Source of the DNA: Stylophora pistillata
Taxonomy: Eukaryota
Assembly (NCBI RefSeq): GCF_002571385.2
Contig: NW_019217914.1
Coordinates: 194,552-258,551 of the forward strand
Direction: 5' to 3'
DNA: 64,000 nt
A program made the position numbers and the translations under genes. The notes under the pieces were generated by a model that was not told the DNA's origin, did no database searches, and was given only the letters and a program-made list of their open reading frames with translations. The first letter of the stretch is position 1. Every line of letters begins with the position of its first letter. Positions 36,871 through 51,041 of the stretch are shown in pieces.

Positions 36871-39047
36871 AAGCTACCCAACTCACCCCCATAAAGATCC
36901 CTTAAAGAGATGATGAGCAACAAAAACGTGTGTTAATAGTCTCAGAGACGGTTTGATTCCTGAACAAAATAGGAAGATTGAGAATGCAGCTCCTTCTCCC
37001 CTGATCTCTCTCTCTATAGATATTGTGTAATTAAGACACCCAATGAGTTATTTTTCAGGGTAGAGTCACTCCATATGTTTTTCAGGTAATTTAGATTGGT
37101 GAAAGATGAGATACATGATGAGAAAGACAGTAAAGAGTGAATAGTGGGATGTCAGAGGGTGATGGGAGGGCAGAGAGTTGGGGTCACAATGATAAAATAT
37201 TTCTTCTCTTCCCCTCTTTTTTACATCCAACCAGTATCAACCTCAAGTCCACATTTTCTTAAATGCTTTTCATATATCCTTGAATTGTTTCTGCAAGTTA
37301 TTTCAGAGCTATGTTGAAGGAAGATTAACTTTTCACTCTCAAGATATCTAGTAATTCTTCTTGCTGCTCATGTTACTTCTGAGAATTTGGTTTGGATAAT
37401 AGTACCCCTAAGTTAATAGTTTGTTATTCTCATCACCTATGTACTTGAGAAATTACTTCTCAATCAATCCTGGGAGTGAAAAGGTTAATAGCATACCCAA
37501 ATATTCTTTATTTTAGGAATCTGAGAGAGGGCTGTCTAGGATAGGACGTAAAGCCGGAGGTCCCGTCTCCTGCATCTGTCAGTTAATTTGGTTAGGCAGG
37601 GGATGTTAAAAAACTCACTTCACGAGATTACTTTGAGGTGGTCTGGCCCATTTATTAGGAATTGGCAGGAGGGGGCATCTGTAAAATTTCTTCTTTATTA
37701 ATTGTAAACTGCCACTGGCAGTCTGGAAAAAGTCCCCCGCATAGTGTTATAAGTGCATTAGAACATTGCATGGAAATGCGCTATAGAAATTGATATTTAT
37801 ATGAGAACGATCCTTCGCAGTAAAGCACTATTTGAGCAATAGTGAAAATCAGACCTGAAAAAAATTTCAGGCCTGTACGGGATTCGAACCACTGACCTCT
37901 GCGATACTAGTGCAGCGCTCTACCAATTGAGCTAACAAGCCAACTGGGAGCAGGCCATTGGTAGAGCCATTGGCAGGCCATTGGTAGGCCATTGGTAGAG
38001 CGCTGCACTAGTATCGCAGAGGTCAGTGGTTCGAATCCCGTACAGGCCTGAAATTTTTTTCAGGTCTGATTTTCACTATTGCTCAAATAGTGCTTTACTG
38101 CGAAGGATCGTTCTCATATAAATATCAATTTCTATAGCGCATTTCCATGCAATGTTCTAATGCACTTATAACACTATGCGGGGGACTTTTTCCAGACTGC
38201 CAGTGGCAGTTTACAATTAATAAAGAAGAAATTTTACAGATGCCCCCTCCTGCCAATTCCTAATAAATGGGCCAGACCACCTCAAAGTAATCTCGTGAAG
38301 TGAGTTTTTTAACATCCCCTGCCTAACCAAATTAACTGACAGATGCAGGAGACGGGACCTCCGGCTTTACGTCCTATCCTAGACAGCCCTCTCTCAGATT
38401 CCTAAAATAAAGAATATTTGGGTATGCTATTAACCTTTTCACTCCCAGGATTGATTGAGAAGTAATTTCTCAAGTACATAGGTGATGAGAATAACAAACT
38501 ATTAACTTAGGGGTACTATTATCCAAACCAAATTCTCAGAAGTAACATGAGCAGCAAGAAGAATTACTAGATATCTTGAGAGTGAAAAGTTAATCTTCCT
38601 TCAACATAGCTCTGAAATAACTTGCAGAAACAATTCAAGGATATATGAAAAGCATTTAAGAAAATGTGGACTTGAGGTTGATACTGGTTGGATGTAAAAA
38701 AGAGGGGAAGAGAAGAAATATTTTATCATTGTGACCCCAACTCTCTGCCCTCCCATCACCCTCTGACATCCCACTATTCACTCTTTACTGTCTTTCTCAT
38801 CATGTATCTCATCTTTCACCAATCTAAATTACCTGAAAAACATATGGAGTGACTCTACCCTGAAAAATAACTCATTGGGTGTCTTAATTACACAATATCT
38901 ATAGAGAGAGAGATCAGGGGAGAAGGAGCTGCATTCTCAATCTTCCTATTTTGTTCAGGAATCAAACCGTCTCTGAGACTATTAACACACGTTTTTGTTG
39001 CTCATCATCTCTTTAAGGGATCTTTATGGGGGTGAGTTGGGTAGCTT
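36871..39047. repeat. ~1057-bp apparently perfect inverted duplication running into an assembly gap
   Basis: 36871-37927 is the reverse complement of 37991-39047. The 63-bp spacer contains stuttered ggccattgg units. Confidence 0.9.
37805..37950 (-). mobile_element. tRNA-derived SINE-like repeat (partially mirrored at 37991-38113)
   Basis: The minus strand reads tagctcaattggtagagcg (A-box) ... ggttcgaatccc (B-box), followed by a cctgaaatttttttcagg hairpin. No clean acceptor stem, so it is not called a tRNA. Confidence 0.7.
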
Positions 39048-39669
39048 NNNNNNNNNNNNNNNNNNNNNNNNNNNNNNNNNNNNNNNNNNNNNNNNNNNNN
39101 NNNNNNNNNNNNNNNNNNNNNNNNNNNNNNNNNNNNNNNNNNNNNNNNNNNNNNNNNNNNNNNNNNNNNNNNNNNNNNNNNNNNNNNNNNNNNNNNNNNN
39201 NNNNNNNNNNNNNNNNNNNNNNNNNNNNNNNNNNNNNNNNNNNNNNNNNNNNNNNNNNNNNNNNNNNNNNNNNNNNNNNNNNNNNNNNNNNNNNNNNNNN
39301 NNNNNNNNNNNNNNNNNNNNNNNNNNNNNNNNNNNNNNNNNNNNNNNNNNNNNNNNNNNNNNNNNNNNNNNNNNNNNNNNNNNNNNNNNNNNNNNNNNNN
39401 NNNNNNNNNNNNNNNNNNNNNNNNNNNNNNNNNNNNNNNNNNNNNNNNNNNNNNNNNNNNNNNNNNNNNNNNNNNNNNNNNNNNNNNNNNNNNNNNNNNN
39501 NNNNNNNNNNNNNNNNNNNNNNNNNNNNNNNNNNNNNNNNNNNNNNNNNNNNNNNNNNNNNNNNNNNNNNNNNNNNNNNNNNNNNNNNNNNNNNNNNNNN
39601 NNNNNNNNNNNNNNNNNNNNNNNNNNNNNNNNNNNNNNNNNNNNNNNNNNNNNNNNNNNNNNNNNNNNA

Positions 39670-39810
39670 ATATTAACCGAGCTTGCTCGGGACCGTACTA
39701 GAAGAATATCGGCCCTCGGTCTTTTTGTACGGACCTCGCTGTGCTCGGTCCGTACTGTCAAGACCTCGGGCCGATATTCTCCCAGTACAGCCCTCGCGCT
39801 TGGTTAATAA
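39670..39810. repeat. ~140-bp palindromic MITE-like repeat
   Basis: tattaaccgagc...gaatatcggccc...gtacggacc pairs with ggtccgtac...gggccgatattc...gcttggttaata. Confidence 0.7.
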
Positions 39811-40191
39811 GATATATATATTAATTTTCCTCTTCTGTTTACATTGTTTTGATTTTCTTTGATTACTATGATCCCTTAGCAATTAGCAAAAAAATAAAAT
39901 GGTAGCTTAATAGCTTGCTTGTCAAACTTTTGCAGCGCCTCATCCACAGAATGAGATTGTGTTACCTTTATTAAGTCTCAATAAAAAGTCCTGAAAATCA
40001 CCCTGTGGCTTACGCATGTCACTTAATTGGTGGAGATGTTCTTAAATTTTTATTAGATAGTGGAAAGATGTTTGGTACACAAAAGTTGTTTTACAAATTT
40101 GTTTGAGGCACAATTTTAATGTCTTGTTATGACTGCTTTGAAGGTGTTTTTCATTTATTATTTGTTGATATTGTTCTTGTGTTTTTGCTAG

Positions 40192-40302
40192 GCATTGTTG
40201 GGAAGAAGAAATGATAAACCAAAAGACAGGTACTCAAGGTTAGATCAAGAAATTGAGAACTCAAATCAAGCTTTTATTATGGACCAACAGCAACAACAGG
40301 AG
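40192..40302 (+). CDS. STX6: Syntaxin-6 internal exon
   Basis: AG/GT bounded, phase 0; ALLGRRNDKPKDRYSRLDQEIENSNQAFIMDQQQQQE. Confidence 0.88.
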
Positions 40303-40758
40303 GTAATAGAGAGTGCACAATATTATTAATGGAGTTTGTTTTGATCATGACAATGTAATCTTATTGCAATTGCTGTAAGGGTCAAATGAATGTTTGAGAG
40401 CTTCTGTGAAAGGCTACACTGTACAGATAAGATACAATTGAAAATTAATGATTTATCTAATGGACAGGTACATCTAGGTTAGAATTATCCTGAGATGGCT
40501 TGTCTGTGACAGTGAATGACATTTTGGGATCACTAGAGGAAGTTTGTAGAAAGATGGGTCATTATTACTTCTGGGTTCAATCTACTAATTAATTTCAATA
40601 AGTAATGAGTTCAAAGCAATAGGTACTTCATTCTTTTCATTTCAATTAAGTGAATGATTGGAGCTCAAGATGGGAAAGTATCTGATAATTGATTCCATTG
40701 AGTTTATTTACTAAGTTAAATATTAAGTAAATATTTTATTTTTTTCATTTTCATGAAG

Positions 40759-40865
40759 TTAATGATAAGAGCTCAAGATGAGCAGCTTGACATGGTTGGG
40801 CACAGTGTTGGAGTTTTAAAAAACATGGGAAAGAAGATTGGTGATGAAATTGAAGATCAAAATTT
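40759..40865 (+). CDS. STX6: Syntaxin-6 SNARE exon
   Basis: LMIRAQDEQLDMVGHSVGVLKNMGKKIGDEIEDQN (Qc-SNARE motif); GTAAGT donor. Confidence 0.92.
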
Positions 40866-41211
40866 GTAAGTTTTGTCCTATTAACTTCTTAGTTTTGAGC
40901 AACTTTTAAAAGCAAACAATCTGGTGTTACCTTGATTTTACCTCACTTTAACTGCATGATTGTTCTGGATAACTTTTGTCACCCTCCAAACCAATCAATA
41001 GCGAAGCAAAAACCAATCGGCTCTTGGTGGTTGGCATTTCCTGCGGCAGTCTGCTTAATTATAGCTTGAGCTCTGATTGGCACCTTGTTTGTAACTGATC
41101 TAGTAATTGGCTCAGAGTTTTTGTGTCGAAAAAATTTTTTGCATATTCTGAAATAATCGTTTTTAATCTTATCTTACATCCCCAATGTCTAATGCTGTTT
41201 CTCTTTTTTAG

Positions 41212-41306
41212 GCTCTTAGATGATTTTGGACACGAATTAGAAATGACAGACTCCAAACTACAACAAACTGTTCTTAAAGTGGAAAAAGTTTTAAGATTAT
41301 CAGATG
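41212..41306 (+). CDS. STX6: Syntaxin-6 SNARE exon
   Basis: LLDDFGHELEMTDSKLQQTVLKVEKVLRLSD; phases match both neighbours. Confidence 0.92.
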
Positions 41307-42377
41307 GTAAGCAACATTCACCAACTTGTTAAAATGGCATTTGTCATTTGGAGTAGTAAAGCAGGTCATATATTTTTTGCTATCAAAAGCAAAAATGACC
41401 ACAATCCCATCTTCATGTCATGTAATTTCCTACTCCTTTCTATAATTGCACCACCCTCAACATACTGGCAGAGACTGTGTCACTGGCATTCACTTTATTT
41501 CCTCCACACATTAAAAGTTGTTAGTGTCCCATGGGATCATTTGGACTATTGTCTGAACAACAGAGAACAGCTCACCCCTTTAGATGTTTGACAGAAAATT
41601 CCAACCAACAACATCCTAATGGTTCCTTTGTGTGTACCGAATTTGGACTTGATTTAAAACTCTCTGATGCCAGCTTAAATAGCTTGAAAATTTTTACCAC
41701 AATCCTCGACTGTGAATGTTCAACCAAGGGACCATGAGAGGGGATAGAGTCAATTTTTTTATTTTACTGGTTCCACATGCACTGGAACAATCCATGACAA
41801 AATTTGTCAACCCATGACCTTCATGCAGACACTTTTAAGAAAGTTTGAATAAGTTTTAAGATGACTTGAATTACCCTTTTTACCCATTTAATATTGTAAC
41901 ATTGTGGAAAGCAATGGGTAGCATTGTTCAGGGGGAGATTGGATATCAGACTAGTACTCTGTGTTAGATTAATGTAATCTCAATGATAGTGTTTTCACAA
42001 TTTTTTCCTTAATTGATTCATTGACTATTCAGAGTATTTTTGCCCCTTGTGGAAAGAATGTTATTCTAATTTTGTGGCTGGAAAATGTGTAGCCTGCATG
42101 CCCTGCATGTGATGAACAGGAAGAGGGGAAAAGGAAAGATCATTGAGATCTGGGATTTTTGTGTTGTTCTGGTGGACTCAACAAGAAAATGTTGTGTCCT
42201 TGCAGGCATTCCCTTAGGGATTTTTACAGTCACACTCAACCTTCAAATTTGAGCCCCCATAAAAGTGTGAATGCTGACCATGTAGACTACAATACTTCCA
42301 GTTTTCCTTATCACATAGAGTCAGGTCATTTTGGTGATTTCTTAGCCTTTACTTTTTGTATGATTGTTTGGTTGCAG

Positions 42378-42454
42378 ATAAGAGGCAAACCTGTGTACTG
42401 GTAGCTCTAATTGTGATTATGATAGTGGTGATCATTTTATTTGTTGCGTTATAA
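42378..42454 (+). CDS. STX6: Syntaxin-6 last exon (tail-anchor TM helix)
   Basis: DKRQTCVLVALIVIMIVVIILFVAL-stop after a gttgcag acceptor. Confidence 0.9.
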
Positions 42455-45400
42455 GGACTGTGACAAAGATGCAGGAAAAAATGTAGAATTTGGACTTTTA
42501 GTTTTCTGGAGTTTATAGGAGAAAGGCTGTAACATGCTTAAGGGCTGGCATACAGCAGTATGTTACATTTGTTTTTTGATGTGTATCCTGTTGTTTTAGT
42601 TTGTTCTTTGTTAAATTTTATCTTTCTTTGTTTCTGTATGTGCTCAAGTATAATAGTGAGCACAAAAAGATGGAAATATGTACATTACTTATTTATCAGA
42701 ATGATGTATGAGTTATATATTAAATATTGAATAGATATTTTTTATCATTTTGCATAATCTTTGGCAATGATTGGTTTTTCACTGTTTCAAACTCTTACAC
42801 TCACTTTCTTGCAGTGTTCTAGTGTTATTCTGACATGTTATTGGAACCCAGAATCCTGAAAAGCGATATCACCCAGAGGGTCTCTGTAATGACAATTTTT
42901 CTTTAGTTTTCAGACAAAACTGTGAAATAATTGTTTACTATGATGGAATAAAATCAAAGGTGGAGTAAATGAACTAATTATAAGTAAAGATGGTGGAGGA
43001 GGGGAGGAGGCGATAAACAGAAATTGAATTGATGAAATCAAGCTGTCAAGGACACTTTGGGAATTCAGTGGTGCTCCTAAAACTTGTCAATTTGAGAAGA
43101 AATGTGTCAGAAAGAGATCTCAAAAAATTGCATACGCATTATTTTTTCCCTTACAAAATTATTTTAGGGCTGGTAGGGTGAGATAAAATCTCTTGCCTCT
43201 TTTGTAACAAGGTATCTCCAATTGAACGGAATTATCAAAATTATGGCTATACAACACTAAAATAAAGTTATCGTCTGTTACACTAAAAAGACAAGGATGA
43301 ATTTAGACAGTTAACCTTCTATTCTCTTTCTTTAGTAAAAGTGCTTGAAAATGAAGGTTAAAATAAGTATATGACCAAGGAAATAATAAGGTGTTTGATT
43401 TGTATTTTTTCCCCTTTATGTAATAAAACAATTATGTATTTATCTTTTTGATTTCTTGATCTCTGCGAGTCTTATACTTAGGCTGTTATTGATCACCTGA
43501 GATGAAACTTTTTTTTAAGGTAGCTTCAGGGTGGAGTTTAAAAATAGTTTAACGACTTGCTTGCAAGAAAATATGAACTTCTGATTCTATTTTAAAGGTT
43601 CAAAACGAGTTTGTTATTTTTGAGCACCAAACTCTTGATGGGTTAATACTACCGTCAATTTTATTCGTTTCTTTGAAAATGGCGTTGAACAGATGTCCAG
43701 TTATTGTCTCACAAGTTGTAAGGCACCACATCCTCTCAGAGCACCCTTTTATTTGGCTAAGTGTGCCTGTGATTCAGAAACAAGTTTGGTGATACTCGAT
43801 TTTTATTATAAAATTGGAGTCAATCAAGATTCACCTAATTATCTTCAAAGTGTCAGACAAATCTTAAGAGCTGGTTCAGAGCCACCCCAGATAAAGAAAA
43901 AAATTAACTGCCTTTGAACATCCAGTAAACATTTTTCTTGAAACTATACAGGAGGATGAATTTTGAAAAGCGGATGGCAATTCAGTTGTGAAAATTGGGG
44001 TTCACTGAACTTGTACTTCAGTTAAAGGCGTACAAAGCGAGATATCACGGTATTTTTTTAGGTGAAGTACTGTTGTTATTAATAGCAACATTTTGCGTTG
44101 AGGAAAAGACCTTTTAAAAGTTGATTTATGATGACTGGTGCCAACATCGGAGCATCAAATAAAGAGTTGTGGTTGTATCAATCCATTAATGAATAGTTGG
44201 TGCAAAAAAATGGAAATCCTTCTGACCTTTATTTAAATGTGAGTGCTAAAGGATGGGTCAAATTGCTAACTCACTCATAAAGACGCCCTTATTCCGTATC
44301 TAATAAGTTATGAATCGCAAATTTTTAGTGTAAGTCACTATTTGCGTAGAACGCTTTGCCGCGTGAGCTCATGCAATCTCGAGCACGTTCACGTGTGTTA
44401 ACTTTAGAAAATAAGCAGATTCCTCGATCGAGATAGAAGTAGTACAGTTGATCGAAAACAGTTTGTTTTGCTCTTACACCGTAGCGAGGAATGATGATGC
44501 CTTTTAAGATAGGTAATTACGAACAGAAATAGTACCTTGTTTCATTAACCACCAATTCCTTTTTCCACTTTTTAATTTACCTTAGTTCCGCCAATCTGCG
44601 CGAACATCATTTGGCTGTGTTAAAAGTTTTAGGCTATTAAACTTGTACGGGGCTTTGTAAACCCTGTTTTGTGTTGTGGGCTATACGCATTGGACTACAG
44701 ATTTAGAAGATCGATTTTTAAAATTTAACATAAGTTGTGGTTTTTTCATTTGAGAAAGCATTTTTTTCGCGTCGTATATTGATATGTTTGTCACTTTGAG
44801 TGGCAGAGAACAGTTGAATTACTCCCTATACATCATATTTTTTTTATTTTAAGCCGCCGATTTTTGATGACAAACTGTTTTTTCGCTAGCAGCAAGAGTT
44901 TGAGTTTGCGTGCGAGTAAGTATGTGTTTTTTTGGTTACTTAATTAATTAACATCTTTCGGTGTCTTATTCTGACCTTTTCCTCGCATTTACGTTTCAGG
45001 AATGTGTTTTCCTTTTAACTCCTGAAAAAGAAAAAGGAAAAAAAAAGAAAAGAAACGATTAGTCAAACTGACTGAGGGTCGAATAATTTTTCCTTCTCTG
45101 GTAGCATATGAGTCTCTTCTTCTCACGCATTCGTTTTTTTCTTCGCGTTTTATTTTGGTTTGTCTTTTGTTAGCTGTTACACTGTAATCACGGAGAGAAT
45201 ATGGTGTGCTTTAAATAAAATAAATTTGTGTTAACTCCGACTAGCCGGGGAAAACGAGTTTTAAAATGTAGTTTGAGTGAGCAGATATTTTTGATGTTCC
45301 TGACGTGCACTTTTATGGAGCAAATCATCTTAAAAGATAACCGGTAATGGAGGGAGTGGATCCACTTGTAATTTCCACCTATTGTGAGCAGTCGATTGTA

Positions 45401-46978
45401 TAAATCTCACATTCGTTAATGTTTGATACTTTCTCGTCGAATTCTTTCCCTTTCTAGTGCAACCATAAGGAAGGAAAAAGTGAAACGTGACGGTAAAAAT
45501 TTTTGATACATAAAATTTCTGCGAGGAAATGAAATTAACGTCACGGGCGTAAACATGTGAATAGCACACACAAAAGGAACGTGACGGGAAAGATTTCATG
45601 CCGACCATATGTTTTGTTGTGTAGGCGGTATTGGAACAGAGCACAACAGAGTGAACATTCAAAACAATCCGGGTTTCATTGATGTTTGTGCTAAGAACGG
45701 TATTGAACAATTCAGTTGATATCGCGTTGGATTTCGCTGAGAGAATGCACTTAGTGGAGTTTGTTCCGCTGAGCTTGATTACTAACGTGAGTGCGATGTC
45801 CTGTGTGGGTTGTAAATGGTCTTCCTGGCCAGAAAACGCAATAAAGAGGCGGAGAAAATTGTTCGATGTCGGCTCAAATCGATGTTTGTCAGAAGTCTCT
45901 TCATATAATTGTTGTAGGAAAGAGAAGGCGAGATGATAAAAACAAGGACTTAAAGCAAGTCCGGTTCCTCCTCATAGCCTATTCAAAGCAATTCTGAAAT
46001 ACATTCTAAATCAGCGCATTCAGTCACTTATAATGATGTGTTTTCTTTCAGAACACGTAAATGAATTAGCTCTGAGTTTTCCTCACGCAAAATCGCGAGA
46101 GTTTTTTTTACAGCATTCATACTTTATCAATTCATTTTGCATTCCATCTAAAAAACACACCTTCGAGTTGCAAGTTAAGAAAAAAAAGTAGAAGAATCGA
46201 ATTCAGCTGTATTCTTTCGATCGACGAGTAAAGATATTAAATCATTATCAGCAATAGATTAAGTGTGAATGGCAACAAGATGTCTAAAAGCTCAGAGAAA
46301 ATCTTACTTCTGGTCTCCGCCTTCAAGCCCCTACGCGGACACGAACTAAATGCCCGCGGACTTTTCAAGCTAATTTATCTATGCTAAAGTCGATTCCTAC
46401 CAAGAAAAAAATAAAAAATAAAAAATGAAAAACGCGATTAGAAATAAATAGCAAAAATGCTCCTCTGAAAACCCAATATCTTCGGTGTATTTTTCAAATT
46501 TCCTCCAATTCCTCGCTTGATGTTTTAGTAAAAGAATCATGAGTCGTATCTTTCTAGAAAATACCTTATGTAACAAGTACACCACGAAGGGACATTTATC
46601 AAAATATTATTGCATTTTTTTTTTATGTTTTTTGGATCGTTCGTGGGCTATTAAAATGACACAGCCTTAAAGAGTAGAGAATCTACGATTAATCTTTTTA
46701 TTATGACGATCGACTAGTTGACCGAGTTGAGGGTATGTATGTAAATCACTTATTCCAAAAATAGATCGGAAGTAAAGTGTGATTGGTTTGTTTTGAATAA
46801 GTACTCTTTTATTGCTGAAAATGACGTCAAATGCATTCTTAGAAGATTCTTACAACGAATTTTTTGTCTCAAATATCACTCGTTGCTACCCGGTTGATCA
46901 CTAGATATCAGACACAGGTCAGACCGTAAAGGTTTATATGAAGAGTACTGGTGCTGATCACGATATTCACACTTGAAA

Positions 46979-48053
46979 ATGGGAGATATGGAAGCCAAAG
47001 AACACATACACAAATCTCTCGAGGAAGTTGTCCAGTCTACTTCTTGTCAGCTAAACAGAAAGCGATTTTCAGGAGCCCAGAGTTTTGATGTACCATCCAG
47101 CCATTATGTGACTAAGAACCCTAACCTTTACTCGACAGAGAAGAGAAGCCCTAGTTTCCCTTTAATGCACAGCCACTCAAACGGATTGTCAAAGAGTATG
47201 GTTGATTTGCCGTCGCGAAATCTGAACGGTTTACGAAAAAGCGTCATGTTCGAAGAAGATCTTTTTGCTCACAAAGAGATGTTGCAACGGGCTCGAAATC
47301 GCTTCAAGGAACTAGAACTAAAGTACCCTGAAATTTTCAAGAACTCTTCTGGAACCTATTCGTTTTCTTCATCTTGTTCAAATCAGCCTGATGGAAGCTT
47401 TGATCGCTCTCAGTCGCTCGACCCGAAATCAGTAGAGCATCAAGAAATACAAACAACGAAATCAGATAAATTACAAGTGCTTCGAAGTGGAACAAACGAT
47501 CAGAGTTCTAATGTTGTTGCCACTACATCAAGAAGGAGACCTCCTCCTCTTTCGGTAGCTATGAAACTGCATAATCTCGAGGATAGTTGTGATAGTGCGT
47601 TCGACGATATCGACCGCGAGTCGGTACTTTCAAAAACGTCCCATGAACCGACGCCGACTTCATTTAGCAAAACTCACTTTCTTTACCCAGGAGAGAGTGT
47701 GGAATCAGACAAGGACAGTGGAATATCAACAGATCGTCCATGTACTCCAAATTCAAGGTCTTCCAGGCCTGCGAGATGGGAAGATCCACAAGTAAGTGGC
47801 ACACTCTCTTATCCGTCTACGCGACCGAATTCAATGAGTTTGACAACCTTGCCGTTGTCAAGTTCCCTGGAGTTTGCTAGCTTCGACTCTGAGAGTCAGA
47901 CGAGTCGAAGTGTAGATCGACGAGGTATTCTTAAATCTGTGGCCTACAGAAATCAGGAAATTAAGACGGAAAGCTTGGATATCGCACCAAGTTCAAGCAA
48001 TTCTTCTTTTAACTGTCAACGGAGTGTATCTTTGACAGGAGGTCTAAGAAGAG
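46979..48053 (+). CDS. KIAA1614-like PDZ protein, large Ser-rich disordered exon
   Basis: Long open frame; the phase-1 GTAAGG donor after 48053 joins in frame to the 51042 exon. The start codon is uncertain. Confidence 0.75.
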
Positions 48054-51041
48054 GTAAGGTCCAACACGGCACTATGATTTCTAGACGCAATCTTTGCACC
48101 TCTTTTCCTTTCAAATCATTCTGTGCGTGTGTTTATTTATTTCTATAGTGTTGATTAAGGGATTTTGATTTTTTTTTTCAGTAAGCCCTTTTCGTTTCCT
48201 TGTTGCACGATCAATGAGATTAATTTTTGAATATTTCATAAGTCACAGCAAGCGAATTATTGCTACCTTTGAAGCATGAAATGTATGCAAGTTGCTGAAT
48301 CTGTTAGGATATTGATTTGCGTTTTAGTAATTTTTGTTTCACGATATCTGAGGAAGAATAAAAGTGGTCTCCCTCTTTTTTTCTTTAACTAGTTCTGAGA
48401 TGCGAAAAGTTGATTGGTATAGCACAGGATGAAACTGATTCGAAACTTGCCGATACCAGACCTATTTTCGTTTGGAGTGCTATTTTAAAATTTTGTTTTG
48501 CGAGGCGTTAAAAGAAACATAAATTTAAATGTTATTTGTAGTTGAGTTTTCACCTGGGGGTGTCCTTAAGTCAGGAAGTAGCGGTAGTAGAAATTTCTTC
48601 TTTAATTTAATGACATCGAAATTTACCCACTTTTCTGGCGAATCCAAGGTCGTTTGGTGTTATCAAAGGTCACATTTTCTCGGCCTGATGTTGTTTCAGA
48701 GCGCCAGATGTATGGTGCAATTTTTATTTTAGTTGTGGTGTTGGTGAATAATGCACTTCATTTCAGAAATAATTTGTCGGCCATTTTTCTTTTCCTAGAG
48801 CCATTTCCGAATGCTCGTTTCCGTCGAATGACGCAAAAACTATACATAATATGTTTTCGATTAAGATCTTCGTCTAAAAATAGTCGTCAAATCTAGAAAT
48901 AAGTAAACGCATTTGATTGGATTGGTTGGATTTAGTTGTTGGTGATTAAAGAATACCCTAAGAAATATCATTTTGCAACATATTTTATTAGTTAAAATTT
49001 GTGTTCGCTTTCGTGTCTAGCCAAATGGAGCAATACTTTCATGCAAGGAGAAATTTTCCTTTATAGCTGACCTATCTATTATCTTACATTTGTTCAGTGT
49101 ATGGTCAAAAGATTGATCACAATTGATTGCTACTGAAAAAAGTTTCGATTTATTGCCGAGGTAAGAGTGCACTGCCCTCGTATTTGTTCGATAATGGTAA
49201 CATTAAAACGATTGGAGATAATTTGTTGCTGTGGGTAGCGCATTTGTTTACACTTTGTTGGCTTTTTAACAGGTGACGTTGAAAGTAGACTGCTCGCGAA
49301 GGTTCTGTCGCAAATTTCACTAATAACCTGGGGATGAGTGATATTTTCTTCATTATCATTCACTTAACCAATGAATTATTTTCACAATGTGAATGTGTGA
49401 CAAAGAATCGTTCTGCATTAGAAACCCACACAGCCAACTTCTTGAATTAATGCCAGCGCGATATCTTTACTTGCAATTTTTTTGGGAAGATAATTTAGTC
49501 GAAGCTCGAACAATAACTTGTAAATATGTATGATCTTTTTTTAATTATAGATTAATTTTTTGCTTCTTGTATCTACATGCAATAAGTAGATGTAATGAAA
49601 ATACATTTACTCAGCCAAATATTTTTGCCCTTATACTCTGACAATTTGTAAAACTGCTCAGTTCGATTCATTTAAATTTTCAATCATGAAAAAAACTATA
49701 TTTTATTTGAAAATGATTTTGAAGCAAGCTTTAGAGTAATTTTCCATACATATTCCTTGCTTGGAAAATCAATGTTATGTTTTTTAAATAATTATAATTT
49801 CCTTTTAACCTTTAAAGAATTTTTTTTTTTGTTTTCTCTATGTGTTGATTTTGGAGATTAAAGACTTTCTGTATTTTGCTAGTCAACTTAAACATGAAAT
49901 GTACCATTTTTGGTAATGGCATTGTTTCATTGTTAAATTGTTTTGTAATGGCAGTTGTGAAATAATGCAATAAAATTACTTTGTTGAAAGTATTGAAAGG
50001 TTGGAGGAAACACAACTTCAAGCCTGTGGAAGTAGGTACTGCACAATAAAATTTCTCTGTTGAAAATATTGGAAAACCAGACTTCAAACCTTAAGAATGA
50101 GAAGAAATTAACATAATATGTATTATTGTTCATTTGATTAATTTCTGTGTCTATTCTTGGATGTTTATCCACACAAGCACTGTATCACAAGATTACAGAG
50201 ATTAAATCTTATGTAAATTAAACAATTTTCTATTAAAAAAAAAAAGCAATCCTGGAGGAGTGTCAGGAGTTGCCATAAAATCAAAAATTTGTCAGAGAGA
50301 AATGAGATTTTGGTTTTATGCCTACCTAATTATAAATGTTTAGTGATACGGCTTGTTCTTAACAATAGATTCAGAAATAATATTTCAATTTAAAAAAAAA
50401 CCTAGCTGTTTACGTAAGGAAGGTATTCTCACGTTTTATCTTCCATCATGTTATCAAGTTCTGCTTGTTCTTTCAATGTGCCTAATATTTCCTTCATGAT
50501 CAATTTTTTTCTCGGGTTACATTCATACAACCCAATTTACAACATTAAGCTGTATATAAATAAACGTAATACTTTTTGGCAGATAAGCTCTGAATATATT
50601 GAGGAAAAAAGTGTCGCGGTGCTTTATGTTTTTAAAAAATTTTGATTGGCCAGTTTTTAGATGGACCCTTTTTCTGATGTCTACTTTGTGTCAAGAGCAT
50701 ATGAGCTTTACAAATGAGTTTGATGAATTTTTTTCCATTTGAAACAGTAAAATGTAGTGTAGTTCTTAAGTTAGTTATAAACCACAAAGTACTCTATATC
50801 TCTTTCACTCTTGAGACTTGATATAGAGAGAGAGTGTTCTTTTATTGACGAGAATGCAATTTATGTTGCTGCCGCTGGTGGAAATAAATTTGGATGACAT
50901 CAATATCATATCCCCTTGTTGGTAATTTTGTCAAATCTCATCAATTGTCCACATGATAGTGTAATGAAATTATAAGGAGAATTTGTGTTCTGATCACAGA
51001 ATGCCTTTCCTAATCTGGTTTTGTTGTTGCATTTTTAACAG

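Noticed and set aside
37860-37945. Apparent tRNA gene
   Set aside because: It has A and B boxes but no proper acceptor stem and is followed by a repeat-family hairpin; treated as a tRNA-derived SINE.
42500-46900. Short ORFs between STX6 and the PDZ gene, and in 52000-56400
   Set aside because: AT-rich UTR or intergenic sequence with no recognisable motifs or consistent splice chain.
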